Below are positions 31,589 to 42,260 of a DNA stretch of 64,000 nucleotides, piece after piece. The DNA is taken from NCBI GenBank assembly GCA_963793305.1, contig CAWBZV010000005.1:704001-768000 (forward strand), given 5' to 3'. The position numbers were made by a program, and so were the translations under genes. Positions within the stretch are counted from its first letter, which is position 1; every line of letters starts with the position of its first letter. The DNA is from an uncultured Gemmatimonadales bacterium. Its GTDB lineage: Bacteria; Gemmatimonadota; Gemmatimonadetes; Gemmatimonadales; Gemmatimonadaceae. The notes under the pieces are model-generated. The model was not told the origin of the DNA. It was given only the letters and a program-made list of their open reading frames with translations, and did not search any database.

Positions 31589-34221
31589 TGCCAACGCGGT
31601 CGGTCTCTCAACGGTGGCGGGCGCCGATCGCGCTGATCGCGCTGGCGCTGCTCTTCGCGTGCCTCAAAGGCCGCTCCCCAACTGATGGCAGCGCCAACGA
31701 CGTACGCTTCGATTTGAGCGCGCAAGTCAGCGGCGGCTCGGTGCTGCACATCACGGTCGTCTATCTCGACCAGCCGACGAACAGCGAGACGCTCGTGCCG
31801 GTGATCCTGCTCGACCAACGGATCAACGTGGCAGCCGGCACCCAAAGCCTCCCGCTGACGATCGACCTCACGCGTTGCCTCGCCGATCCGCTGCACCTCT
31901 CGGGATCGACGTGCGAGCTCGAGGCCGGCGTCGTGCTAGAGCAGAACGGTCAGGCCGTCGATAGCGTTGGCGTCGGACCGATAGCGGTCACACCGGGCCA
32001 GACCGTGAACGCGAACGCATCGCTCGTCCCGGTTGGACGCGTCGATGTCTCTCCGACATCGGCGACCGTCGCTGTCGGCGCCACCACGCAGTTGATCGAC
32101 ACGGTGTTCTCGCCGACCAACGTCGTCCTCACGACCGTCTCGACATCGTGGAGTAGCCTGAACACGGCTGTCGCGACGGTCGATACGACCGGACTCGTCA
32201 CGGGCGTTGGCGCGGGAACCACGACCGTGACGGCGAACGCCGGCGGCCAATCCGCGTCGGCGACGATCACGGTCACGCCGGTCTCGACTGGGGCTGGCAC
32301 GATCGTGATCAACGCCCCCGTAGGCGTCACGTTCTCGGCGCCAGCCGGAGGGGCTCTCCCGGTCCGAGCGCCGATCGAAGTCACGTCGTCGGACACCGTG
32401 GTGCTCACGGGACTGACGGCGTCCATCGCCTACACGGCGGGGCAGCCCACCGGCTGGCTGGTCGCGAACATGAGCGACAGCGTCTCGTATTTCTTCGGAC
32501 AACGCGTCGGCGCAAACCGACGGGTCAGCGCGAAGCAGATTCGCCGGCAAACGAGCGGGTCGGGCATTGTGACGCCGGCCGTGCTCGACATGGTGCCCAA
32601 TACGACGAACTTGGCGGCCGGGTCCTACACGGCGGTCGTTACGGTGTCGGGCACGAACGCAACGTCGGGGAGCGTGACGGTCACGTACACCATTGGAGCA
32701 GCCGCACCGGTCTTGGCGTTCACACCGAACCCGGTGACGTTCAACCAGTACGCGTACGGCAGCACCCTCGCGCCTCTACAGACGGTCACCGCCTCCAACA
32801 CGGGTAGTGGCACGCTCGGTCCGCTCTCGGCCATCGGCACCATCACTTATACCGGCGCGGACACTGGCTGGATCACCGTCACCGCCGCGAGCGCGACGAC
32901 GGCGACCGGACAGCCGAAGACGACCGCCTTGCACCTGGGGAGCGACACGGCGAGCATCCCGATCTCGGCGACCGGCGCGACGAACAACCCAGTGACGCTC
33001 ACGGCCATCGTGAGCACGTACGTGACCTACACGAAGGTCGTGCTCGGCGCGGACTTCGGCTGCGGCCTCACGACAGCCGCGACCGTCTACTGTTGGGGCG
33101 GCTCGGCACTGGGCGAGCTCGGTGACGGTGGCGGGGACCTCAGCGTGCTAGTACCGGTACGCGCGCTGATTCCGTACTCGTCGACCAACCCGGTCATCGA
33201 CATCGAGGCCGGATCGTACCACGCATGCGCGCTGCTGCAGAACGGCCAGGCGTATTGCTGGGGCGAGAACAACAAAGGCCAAGTTGGCGTCGGTAGTGGA
33301 TCGGGTATCGTCGCCACGCCGACGCTGGTGCCAGGCCAGACGTTCGGCCAGATCACGCTCGGGGCCGAGCACACGTGCGGCATCATGGGTACGCCGCCGC
33401 TCGCGGGCGCGAACTACGTCTATTGCTGGGGCGACAACACCGACGGCGAGTTCGGCAACAACCTCCCGACCTCGGCTGTGCAGTCCACGCCTCTCAACAC
33501 GGGTCTGATCTATTACGCGATCAGCGCCGGCAACCTGTACACGTGCGGCATCAACAACAAGGCCGTGGGGGGATTGTACTGCTGGGGCAATAACCAGTTC
33601 GCTCAGCTTGGGAACGGGTACTCCGGCACCTTCTATTCGACTCCTCAGCAATCGAACGTTCTCAATCCGAGCACGGGCGGACTGGCGGTCGTGACGAGTG
33701 TCTCCGCTGGCAACACGACCACGTGCGCCATCGACAACGCCGGCCATGCCTCGTGCTGGGGCGACAACACGTACGGCCAGACCGGCAACGGCGTCACGGG
33801 GACGACGGTCCTGAATCCGACGCTCATCCCGGGCGGCTACTCGTGGACCTCGATCAGCGTGGGGTCCAATTCGGTCTGCGGCATCGCCTCGACCGCCGAC
33901 TACTGCTGGGGCTTCAACGGCTCCGGCCAGCTCGGGAACGGCACGTCCGGCACCGCGGGCACGTCGTCGCCGGCGGCCGTTATCGGGTCAGGCGCGCTGT
34001 TCACCCAGTTCACGGTAGGCGAGGGCTCGCAGTCCGCTTGCTATATCACGGGCGGCATCGTGTCCTGCTTCGGTTCCGATACCAACGGCCAACTGGGGAT
34101 CGGTCCGCCAGTCTTCAGCGCGATGCCGAATCCGACTGCGATGTTCGCCCAGCCAGCCCCGTCTGGCGTCGGTCCATTGCGCGTGGTGCCGCACCGGCCC
34201 GTTGTGACGCGCCGCCAGTAG
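31588..34221 (+). CDS. Surface lipoprotein: Cys-containing N-domain, Big_2 Ig domain, two BACON-like domains, 7-bladed RCC1/BLIP-II propeller
   Basis: Lipobox LFAC; WSSLNTAVATVDTTGLVTGVGAGTTTVTA (Big_2); GWL/GWI..GSYTAVVTV (BACON-like); seven CWG/CFG..GQLG repeats. Confidence 0.8.
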   Translation: MPTRSVSQRWRAPIALIALALLFACLKGRSPTDGSANDVRFDLSAQVSGGSVLHITVVYLDQPTNSETLVPVILLDQRINVAAGTQSLPLTIDLTRCLADPLHLSGSTCELEAGVVLEQNGQAVDSVGVGPIAVTPGQTVNANASLVPVGRVDVSPTSATVAVGATTQLIDTVFSPTNVVLTTVSTSWSSLNTAVATVDTTGLVTGVGAGTTTVTANAGGQSASATITVTPVSTGAGTIVINAPVGVTFSAPAGGALPVRAPIEVTSSDTVVLTGLTASIAYTAGQPTGWLVANMSDSVSYFFGQRVGANRRVSAKQIRRQTSGSGIVTPAVLDMVPNTTNLAAGSYTAVVTVSGTNATSGSVTVTYTIGAAAPVLAFTPNPVTFNQYAYGSTLAPLQTVTASNTGSGTLGPLSAIGTITYTGADTGWITVTAASATTATGQPKTTALHLGSDTASIPISATGATNNPVTLTAIVSTYVTYTKVVLGADFGCGLTTAATVYCWGGSALGELGDGGGDLSVLVPVRALIPYSSTNPVIDIEAGSYHACALLQNGQAYCWGENNKGQVGVGSGSGIVATPTLVPGQTFGQITLGAEHTCGIMGTPPLAGANYVYCWGDNTDGEFGNNLPTSAVQSTPLNTGLIYYAISAGNLYTCGINNKAVGGLYCWGNNQFAQLGNGYSGTFYSTPQQSNVLNPSTGGLAVVTSVSAGNTTTCAIDNAGHASCWGDNTYGQTGNGVTGTTVLNPTLIPGGYSWTSISVGSNSVCGIASTADYCWGFNGSGQLGNGTSGTAGTSSPAAVIGSGALFTQFTVGEGSQSACYITGGIVSCFGSDTNGQLGIGPPVFSAMPNPTAMFAQPAPSGVGPLRVVPHRPVVTRRQ

Positions 34222-34231
34222 CCAGCGACTC

Positions 34232-36790
34232 GTGCACCGGCGGCGCGCCCTCGCGGCGCTCATCGTCGCGGCGACGGCCTTTGGCTGCCTCAAAGGCCCG
34301 TCGCCCACCAGCATCGGCGCGAACGACGTCCGGTTCGACCTGAGCGCCCAGGTCACCGGCGGCTCGTCGCTCGCCATCACGGTGGCGTATCTCGATCAAG
34401 GCAATACCGCCGTCCAGCTGCTCCAACACACCGTCCCGGTCAGCGGGGCGACGCAGAGCCTCCCGCTGACGATCGATCTCACGCAGTGTCTGGCCGATCC
34501 CATTCATCTCTCGGTGGGATCGACGTGTGAGCTGCTCGTGACGATCGCGCTGAGCCAAGGCGGCACGGTGGTGGACAGTACGACGGTCGGTCCGGTCGTC
34601 GTGACGCCCGGCCAGGTCGTGCACGCGACGACGTCGGTGGCGTCGGTCGGACGGATCGATGTCTATCCGACGAGCCTGTCGTTGACCCCCGGCGCGATCG
34701 GCATCCTGCGCGATACCGTGTTCGGCGTGAACGGCGCCCCGATCCCCAACGCGTCGGTCACCTGGACGAGCGCCGACACCACGATCGCGCGCGTGAACGA
34801 CTCGGGTGCCGTGACCGGCGTCGCCGCGGGCATCGACACACGTGACCGCGTCATCTGGCGGCGATGGCACCTTGGTGCCGGTCGTCGTGTCGTCGCCGAC
34901 CAGCACAGGGCTCGTGCGTCGGGCAACACCGTGTCAGTTCTCGGCGCCCGTCGGAGGGACGATCCCCACGAATGCCACCCTCACGGTGACCTCGGCGGAC
35001 ACAACGACGGTCATCGGGTCTGACCGCGACGATCACCTATAGCTCGGGCGCATCGACCGGTTGGCTGCTCGCGTACGTCAGCGATAGTGGATTCGGATCG
35101 CGTGTCGTCAAAGGTCCGCTGACCCACGGTCCACGCGAAAGCGACGTCGAACGTGACCACGCCCGCGACGCTCGACATGGTACCCAACACGACGAACCTC
35201 GCCGCCGGCACGTACACGGCAACGGTGACGGTCACGGGGACGAACGCCACGCCGGTAATCTGCCGGTCACCTACACGATCAGCGCCGTGGCCGCCAACCC
35301 GCTGGTCCTCTCGCCGGACACCATCACGTTCGAGGAGTACGGCGGCGGCACGATCCTGCCGAGCGCGACGACGATCACCGGCTCGCAGACCGGACTCACG
35401 GTCACCGGCTACTCGTGGTACGGTCTCGCCGTGGGCTGGCTCAACGCGACCGATCACCGGTGGTACGACGTTCACCGTCAACCCGTCGACCACGAACGTG
35501 CCGCTCGGCCTCCTGCAAGGCTTCGTGCACGTGCAGGACGGGAACGGCGACACCGCCTCGCTGTTCGTCAACCTCGACGTGTCGGCGACGTTCACGAAGC
35601 TCGTCACGGGCGGCAGCTTCTCGTGCGGACTCACGACCGGGAGCACGGCCTACTGTTGGGGACAGAACAGCATTGGTCAGCTCGGGCTGGGCAGCGGCGG
35701 CGGTCCGTACGCGCAGCCGATGCCCGTCGCGATCCCGGGCGCTGGACTGAATGGCACGCCGGTCATCGACATCACCGCGGGCTACGAGTATGCGTGCGCC
35801 CTCATGTCGACGCAGGCGGTCTATTGCTGGGGGTACAACGCCAATGGCGAGACGGGGACCGGCAGTGTGAACGACACGCTCTCTTCGCCGGTCGCGATCT
35901 CCGGGCTGCAAGCGTCGCAGGTCAGCGCGGGCGGTTTCCACACCTGCGCAATCGGTTATCCGACGGTGACGCCCTATGGGGCTGCGCTGTCGTGCTGGGG
36001 GACCAACGCCGAGGGCCAGCTCGGGACCGGCTCCGTCGGCGCCTCGCAGGACACGCCCGTCAACACTGGGCAGACCTTCGTCTCCGTGAGCTCGGGTATC
36101 GTGCACTCGTGCGCGATTCTCGACTCGAATGCGCCGGTAGCCTACTGCTGGGGCAGCAACGGGTACGGGCAGATCGGCATCGACTCGACGGGCACCACAT
36201 ATCCAGCGCCTCACGCCGTCGGTTCGTACGCGTCGGTGGTGGCCGGGGGCTTCCACACGTGCGCGTTGACGACAGCCGGCGCGGCGTACTGCTGGGGCGA
36301 TAACGCCCACGGCCAGCTCGGCACCGGATCGCTCAATGGGAACCAACCCGCGCCCGTGGCGGTACAGGGCGGCCCGGCGCTGGCATCGATCGTCGCCGGC
36401 TACCAGCACACGTGCGGCCTGACGAGCGGCGGCGTCGCCTACTGTTGGGGATACGACTCCGCTGGCGCGCTCGGCAACGGGTCGAGCACCGGATCGGTGC
36501 TGGCGCCCGCGGCGGTCTCGGGTGGCCTCACGTTCGCCTCGCTGGCGGCGTCAATGGGCGGATACCACACGTGCGGCGTGACCACAGGTGGCGTTGCCTA
36601 TTGCTGGGGCAACAATGCCTTCGGGCAGCTCGGGGTTGCTAGTACGCAAAACTGGCCCACGCCGATGCAGGTCGTCGGCCAGCCGGCCGCGGCCGGCCTT
36701 ACACCGGGTGGCGGCGCGCGTGTCGTGAAGCGGCCGCCGGCGGTGAAGTCAAAGGTAAAGGCTACGGCGCCACGACCGGCACGCACGTGA
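34232..36790 (+). CDS. Paralogous Ig/BACON/RCC1 surface lipoprotein with several apparent indels between about 34830 and 35460
   Basis: Lipobox AFGC; N-domain nearly collinear with 31588 (CLKG.SPT...ANDVRFDLSAQV.GGS...QSLPLTIDLT.CLADP.HLS..STCEL); TPATLDMVPNTTNLAAGTYTA; seven CWG repeats. Confidence 0.72.
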
Positions 36791-39700
36791 AGCCCGAGAA
36801 GTAGCCGGGCTTCATGATCGCCGGTGCATCCCCGGCGGATAACTCGAAGGTGAACTTGATCGGGGTGCCGTTCGGCAACTGCGCGACGGTGCCCGGTCCC
36901 GAGTGCAACGCCCAGTCGAAGTTCGGCGACGTGCCGACCGCACGCCACGCGTCCGCCTGCTGCATCAGCTGGAACCCGGCCCAGGGTCCCGACGCCTCGG
37001 CCAGCGTCAACTCCTGATTGTTCACGAGGGCTGTCACCCGTCCGACGCGTTCCGCGCCTGGCTTCAACACGAACGGCGACGGGCCTGGGTTCCGCTTCGT
37101 GAATCGGACCGTGGCGTCATCGATGATCACGCTGACCGCCGGCAACGCATCAGGTATCGCGACCGGTCGCAGGGTCATGTCGAGCTCCGGCGTCGTGCTG
37201 CCGGGCTTGAACAAGGCCGCCGACACCGCTGCTGCCCTATTGAAGAACGAGACGAACGCGGGCGAGATCTGGACGGCCGACGTTGGCGCCTGCGCATAGT
37301 CGGCGCCCTGCTTGATCAGGAGCGACTGCAGCGAGCCGTCATACATCTTCCACAGGGCGCCGGTCTGGGGCGCAAAAATCGCCGCCACGTCCGCGGCCGA
37401 TGCCTGACTGGTTCCCGCGGGATTGAACGGGAATTTCGCCAGCACAGGCTTGGCCACCGAGCAGAACGTCGCGCCCGCCCCGTTGGCGGGGCCTTTGCCG
37501 ACCACGCGCAGCAACGAATTCGCGTAATCGATCGGCGACTGCAAGAGTCGCTGCACGGTTCCCGCCACGGCCGCATCGCCGCCGACCCGGAATCCCTGCG
37601 CGATCTGCGTCGCCGCCAGGCTCGCCGGGCCGATGCTCTGGCGCGCCTGATCGACGGCGGGTCCGTTCTGCCCAGGCGGCGCCGTGGCCGCCGTCTGCAC
37701 GTTGTTCTGCAGCGCGAGCAAGGCATTGATATACGGCGCGTTCTTGTCGCCGACCAACTTGTCCGCTGTACCCGGTGGGGTCACGGTCGCCGCCGGCTGA
37801 AATATTCCGGCGATCCCCGTATCGATCGTCGTGTTCTGCGCCGTGACCTGCAACAGCTGCAGCAGCGGTGACTGATTGCCGCCGAGGAGCAAGAGCTTCT
37901 TGGACGCGTCACTCAACCCATCGAAGTGCAGGACTGACGCAGTAGAGAGAAAAATTCGCCACTGCTTGACGTAGTCGGCGGCGTACCGCGCCTTGAGGTC
38001 AGCGCGCAATTTCGCCCGATCCACGCGGGCCGCCGTATCGTTGCCGAGCACCCACGCGTCGCCGGCGAGCAGCTTGTCGACGTTGTTGATCGAGTTCTGC
38101 ATCGACGCCCAGCCAGCCGCCGTATACGCGCCGGGCACCGCGTAATTATCAACCACCGCGCCCGCGGATCCGGGAAATTGCTTATTGAATTGCACGCCCG
38201 GGATGACCCGCGAAGCCTCAATGACACGGAATTGATATATCTGATCGGCGACCGCGAACTGCGACAGGAATGTCCTGCTATGCGACACGACCTGCAGATC
38301 CCCGCCGCCCGCATATGGATTCCCGAGCGCCAACTCGGTGGCGTAGCGATCAAACTGTCGCTTCGCCAGCTGCAGCCGGGTCGTATCCACCGTGCGCCCG
38401 GAAAGCCAAGTGGCCATGAGCACCGGCGTCAAAAACTCGGGCGTGCTCCGTTTCCACTCACTCGTCGTCATCAAATACGCTTCGAGATCGTTATAGATCG
38501 TCGCGTAATCGTCAGTCGGACGTGGCGCAGCGGGAAGATTTCTCAAGAACGCCGCAAGATTCGTCCTGGTCCCATCGAACATAATTTTGGAAAACCCGTC
38601 GAAATACGCGGCCCTGACAGCGGGATAGAGCGATCCGCCGGTGTACAATCCCCACTTGAGATGCAACGGCGCGCCGTTGTGCTCGTAATCACTCAGCTCC
38701 GTGAGATACTCGCCGAGCGTGTCCAGTCGCGACAACGCGTCGATGTTCGCGAGATCGGACCCCACGGCGGGCAGGACAGCCACGGCCTTCGCGGCATCAG
38801 CGGCCCCGTTCTCCAGCGACTTGTTCCCCAAGAACGACACCGTCCACGCGATGGCAAACACAATGCACGCCGCGGTCGCCAGCGCCAGCGCCGTACGCCG
38901 GAGTGCATCGATGCGCGCCCCGGCCCGGGTCGCCGCCATGGCGGCGTCGTCCGCGAGGACGATATCGCGCAGGACGCGGTCGAGGAACACCCATCGCGGC
39001 ACCCGCCGCGCGCCGCGCGCCGCTGCCGCGGGGGCGGCGGCCGCCGCCGCGGCTTGCCGCGCAAACACATTCGTCGCATTCGCCGCCAGCGCCGGCTGCA
39101 ATGCCGCCTGCTGCGGGATCGCTGCGGGCGCGACGTCCTGGATCACGACGGCTTGGACGCCCGTGAAATAGAATCCGCGCAAGAACGGATTGACCTGGAG
39201 CGCGCTCGGCTTGCACAACTCCAGCAGGAACTCGACGATCGGCGGCCCGAGCTTCCGGAACTCGCGCGGAAATTCGTAGGCTCCCGGCTTGTACTCGTTC
39301 CCATGCTCCCGCGGGAGCAACTCCACGCGCCGCGCCGCGAGCGACTGGAACAGCGTCTGGAACTCGTTCGTGAGGCGCGGGCTCATGCGATCGGCGTACG
39401 ACCCGGCCACGCCGCTATCCGCGGGCAGGGTGACACCAAGCGGCTCGCGCACTTCGTCGGCGGAGAAATTGCGAACGTAGTCGGCGAAATACGGGAGTCG
39501 ATCGGCCTTCGTAAAAATCACGTAGACCGGCAGTTTGACACCCAGCTTCTTGGCGAGCGCCGCGAGTCTCTCACTCAGCGGCCTCGCCATCGCTGCCGGT
39601 GCGGCTCCTGGCTTGATGATCTCCTCGCAGGACATACAGACGAGCGCCGCGCGCGGTGCCTGCGCCCGGCCCGTGAATGCGGCCCCGAACGTCCGCGGCG

Positions 39701-40223
39701 TCGCGTGGTCCGTGACCTTCGCCCACGAAGCAGGATCGGCGACGGCCGCGCCACCGGCGTCGAAGAACACCGTGCCCGCTCCGTACCACAAGTTGGCCGA
39801 TACTGTCGGGATGACCGCATCCCCGCGATAGACGGCTCCGGCGAGCAATTCGGGTTCGAGGCCTGAGCGAACAACAGTCGTCGTCTTCGCCGAACCGGTT
39901 GGTCCGAGCACCACGACCATTGGCAGCTTGTTCATGTCGGCGCGCTTCGCCATGGGCGATGCCGCGAGATGCGCTCGCGCCGCCGCGACGACTCCGTCGA
40001 GGTCCTCGGCAGATCCCGCGGCGCCTGGCGCGGCGCTGGTCTTCGGGAGTAGGAACCAGAGCAGCAAGCCTGCCGCGGCGATGCCGAGCAGCGAGAGACC
40101 GCCGCCAAGCATGGCGAGATCGGCGCCTTTCAGTTTGAGCAGTATGCCGAGGCCCCAAGCGAACACCAGATAGATGAGGAGCCCGACGATCGTGCCGATC
40201 CACAGGGTTCGCGGCTTGATCAC
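36762..40223 (-). CDS. tssM: T6SS membrane complex protein TssM/IcmF
   Basis: Two N-terminal TM helices; P-loop region VLGPTGSAKTT; KLPVYVIFTKADRLPYF; PFLRGFYFTG; third TM; WGLYTG; KFPFNP; 1153 aa. Confidence 0.88.
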   Translation of the reverse strand: MIKPRTLWIGTIVGLLIYLVFAWGLGILLKLKGADLAMLGGGLSLLGIAAAGLLLWFLLPKTSAAPGAAGSAEDLDGVVAAARAHLAASPMAKRADMNKLPMVVVLGPTGSAKTTTVVRSGLEPELLAGAVYRGDAVIPTVSANLWYGAGTVFFDAGGAAVADPASWAKVTDHATPRTFGAAFTGRAQAPRAALVCMSCEEIIKPGAAPAAMARPLSERLAALAKKLGVKLPVYVIFTKADRLPYFADYVRNFSADEVREPLGVTLPADSGVAGSYADRMSPRLTNEFQTLFQSLAARRVELLPREHGNEYKPGAYEFPREFRKLGPPIVEFLLELCKPSALQVNPFLRGFYFTGVQAVVIQDVAPAAIPQQAALQPALAANATNVFARQAAAAAAAPAAAARGARRVPRWVFLDRVLRDIVLADDAAMAATRAGARIDALRRTALALATAACIVFAIAWTVSFLGNKSLENGAADAAKAVAVLPAVGSDLANIDALSRLDTLGEYLTELSDYEHNGAPLHLKWGLYTGGSLYPAVRAAYFDGFSKIMFDGTRTNLAAFLRNLPAAPRPTDDYATIYNDLEAYLMTTSEWKRSTPEFLTPVLMATWLSGRTVDTTRLQLAKRQFDRYATELALGNPYAGGGDLQVVSHSRTFLSQFAVADQIYQFRVIEASRVIPGVQFNKQFPGSAGAVVDNYAVPGAYTAAGWASMQNSINNVDKLLAGDAWVLGNDTAARVDRAKLRADLKARYAADYVKQWRIFLSTASVLHFDGLSDASKKLLLLGGNQSPLLQLLQVTAQNTTIDTGIAGIFQPAATVTPPGTADKLVGDKNAPYINALLALQNNVQTAATAPPGQNGPAVDQARQSIGPASLAATQIAQGFRVGGDAAVAGTVQRLLQSPIDYANSLLRVVGKGPANGAGATFCSVAKPVLAKFPFNPAGTSQASAADVAAIFAPQTGALWKMYDGSLQSLLIKQGADYAQAPTSAVQISPAFVSFFNRAAAVSAALFKPGSTTPELDMTLRPVAIPDALPAVSVIIDDATVRFTKRNPGPSPFVLKPGAERVGRVTALVNNQELTLAEASGPWAGFQLMQQADAWRAVGTSPNFDWALHSGPGTVAQLPNGTPIKFTFELSAGDAPAIMKPGYFSGFTCVPVVAP

Positions 40224-40894
40224 CCTTTGAGTCCACCAGCTTTGAGGACCACCACGTACACCACGAAGAGCGCCACGGCGATCACCGCGGCAATGGCGGC
40301 GGTGAAGCTGAGGCGCCTGACCCAGGGATCAGTGGCTCGCGCCGGAATCACGTCCTTCGGCGGTCGCCACGATGGCGACAGCTCGACGGAACCTTCCCGC
40401 CCGACCAAGCCCCGCGCGCGCCGGATCTTCGAGCCGACCTGGGCGATCAGCGATTGCATGTCGCTGCTCTCGGTCGCGCTGTAGCGCCCATGAAATCCGA
40501 GCAGCATGCACAGCTGATAGATCTCCAGCAGATCGGCGAGCTGTTCGGAATCCTGCCGCACGAGGAGCTGGCGCACCTGCTGAAAGAACGCCTCGCCGCC
40601 CACATTGCCGCCGAACAGCTCGTCCTGGAGCGGTCGTCGCGGCCACTCGGCGAACATCGGGTTGGCCGAGTTCAGGACGGACTCATCGAGAAATGCGACG
40701 ACGGCGAACAGCGCCAATCGGACGTCGTCGCCGGCGTACCCGGCATCGAGCGCCTCGCGTTCGGCGATGCCCAGCAGATGCCGGATGTGCTCGCGGAATG
40801 AGGCGGCGTCGGCGGCGACTTGGCGCTGGGCTCTGAGTCGCACGGTCGCCGTCATGACTTCCTGCAACGTGAGCGCGAGTCGTCCGTGCCTCAT
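40220..40894 (-). CDS. tssL: T6SS protein TssL/DotU (no OmpA domain)
   Basis: Start MRHGRLAL coupled to the tssK stop; AFLDESVLNS, W.RRPLQ.ELFG..GGEAFF, LEIYQLCMLLGFHGRY; C-terminal TM. Confidence 0.9.
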   Translation of the reverse strand: MRHGRLALTLQEVMTATVRLRAQRQVAADAASFREHIRHLLGIAEREALDAGYAGDDVRLALFAVVAFLDESVLNSANPMFAEWPRRPLQDELFGGNVGGEAFFQQVRQLLVRQDSEQLADLLEIYQLCMLLGFHGRYSATESSDMQSLIAQVGSKIRRARGLVGREGSVELSPSWRPPKDVIPARATDPWVRRLSFTAAIAAVIAVALFVVYVVVLKAGGLKG

Positions 40895-42237
40895 GCCGAC
40901 CCCAGGAGAATCGACAACTCGACGGACGCGTTCGGCAGCGCGTCGGGCACGTACACGCCGATCTCGTTCGTCTGGCGCAACGTATCCCAGCACGGTCCCG
41001 ATCGCGTCACGGAGAAGTATTGCGTCTCGGCGCGCGGCACGATCGGCGAGGGCGGCACCGGCAGGTGCGTGAGCGTGAGTCCGGGAAACTGTCGCTTGAC
41101 CAATTCGAGCGTGAATTTCGCCGAGCACACTTTCACGAGCCGCGGGACCCGCGAGATGGTGTCGGCCGCGCCAGCGCTCGACCGGACGCCCAGGACCCAC
41201 GAGGCATCCTCGAACGCTCGTCGATCGGCAATCGATCCCGTATGCAGCGAGGGCGAGGTGATCGCCAGCGGCACCGTGACCAACGACGTCGGGACGATGA
41301 GCTCCAGATGCGCGCGGATATGATCGTGGAGTCGCCCCAGGCACCCGGCCAGATCCTCGTGGTCGTAGAGCGGCAGATCGCGCGGATGGGACTCGAGCGA
41401 GAAGGTGCAGAGCGCGCCCGCCAACCGCGCGAGCTCCGCGTACAGTTGCTCCGGGTGGATGCGTCGGGCGGCCGCCTGATGCCGAAGCACGGCGACGGCC
41501 GACTGAATCGCATGCAGCAGCCAGAAATTCGCCACCTCGCGCGAGGCGAACTCGGAGGGCGCCGCCGACCCGCGATTCGAGGCGATCGCGTCGCCCCGGG
41601 AGTCCAGGACGTCGACAATGCGCTGCACGAGTGCGGTCAGCGTCTCGTTCGCGCCGATCTGGAGCGACGGTGGGATGTAGTCCGAGTCGTACTGGAATCC
41701 CCCCTTGCCGTCGCGACGCACGACCGCCAGCGACAATGCGACGACGCCCTCGGTCGCCTCGCTATCGAGGATCAATCGGAAATTCCGACCGGCGAGGGTC
41801 ACCGATCGTTCATCAGTTCCCGTGAGATCGTCGCGCTGCACACGAGTGATCGCCCGGAACCGGGCGCCATCGCCATTGGCCGCCAGGTTCGCGCCGGTTG
41901 CCCGGTAGGGGGGGAGCGCCAGGAGCAGCTTGTGGCTGTCCGTGGCGGGCGAGAACGCGTCCCGAATGTCCCGAGGGGCCGGGAGCGGGTCGCCATCGGG
42001 CATCTGAAATGGCGTGCCATCGGCCATGAGGCCGCGCGCGAACAGCAGCGCCGCGGTTCCATTCCGGAGCGCATCCGTGTCCAGTTCGCAGCCTGCAAGG
42101 CCGTACGGCGTGAAAAACGAATGCGACAACGCCGTGGCAATGCAGTCCTCCACGTAGCGGCTTTGCGATTGGAAGTGGTGCTGGGCTAAATGCATGCCCT
42201 CACGCCACAGGATCTTCGCCGCGATTGCGCCGTCCAT
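40891..42237 (-). CDS. tssK: T6SS baseplate protein TssK, copy 1
   Basis: KILWREGMHLAQHHFQ, DGTPF, YIPPSL, HPEQLY..L..LAGALCTF, YDHEDL. Confidence 0.9.
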   Translation of the reverse strand: MDGAIAAKILWREGMHLAQHHFQSQSRYVEDCIATALSHSFFTPYGLAGCELDTDALRNGTAALLFARGLMADGTPFQMPDGDPLPAPRDIRDAFSPATDSHKLLLALPPYRATGANLAANGDGARFRAITRVQRDDLTGTDERSVTLAGRNFRLILDSEATEGVVALSLAVVRRDGKGGFQYDSDYIPPSLQIGANETLTALVQRIVDVLDSRGDAIASNRGSAAPSEFASREVANFWLLHAIQSAVAVLRHQAAARRIHPEQLYAELARLAGALCTFSLESHPRDLPLYDHEDLAGCLGRLHDHIRAHLELIVPTSLVTVPLAITSPSLHTGSIADRRAFEDASWVLGVRSSAGAADTISRVPRLVKVCSAKFTLELVKRQFPGLTLTHLPVPPSPIVPRAETQYFSVTRSGPCWDTLRQTNEIGVYVPDALPNASVELSILLGSA

Positions 42238-42260
42238 CGGCTGCCGGTTATCGTGTCGAG

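Noticed and set aside
38178..39866. Long antisense or alternate-frame ORFs (for example 38178..39866, 49065..50339, 58413..59606, 23378..24658)
   Set aside because: Typical high-GC shadow ORFs overlapping well-supported genes, with no recognisable motifs.
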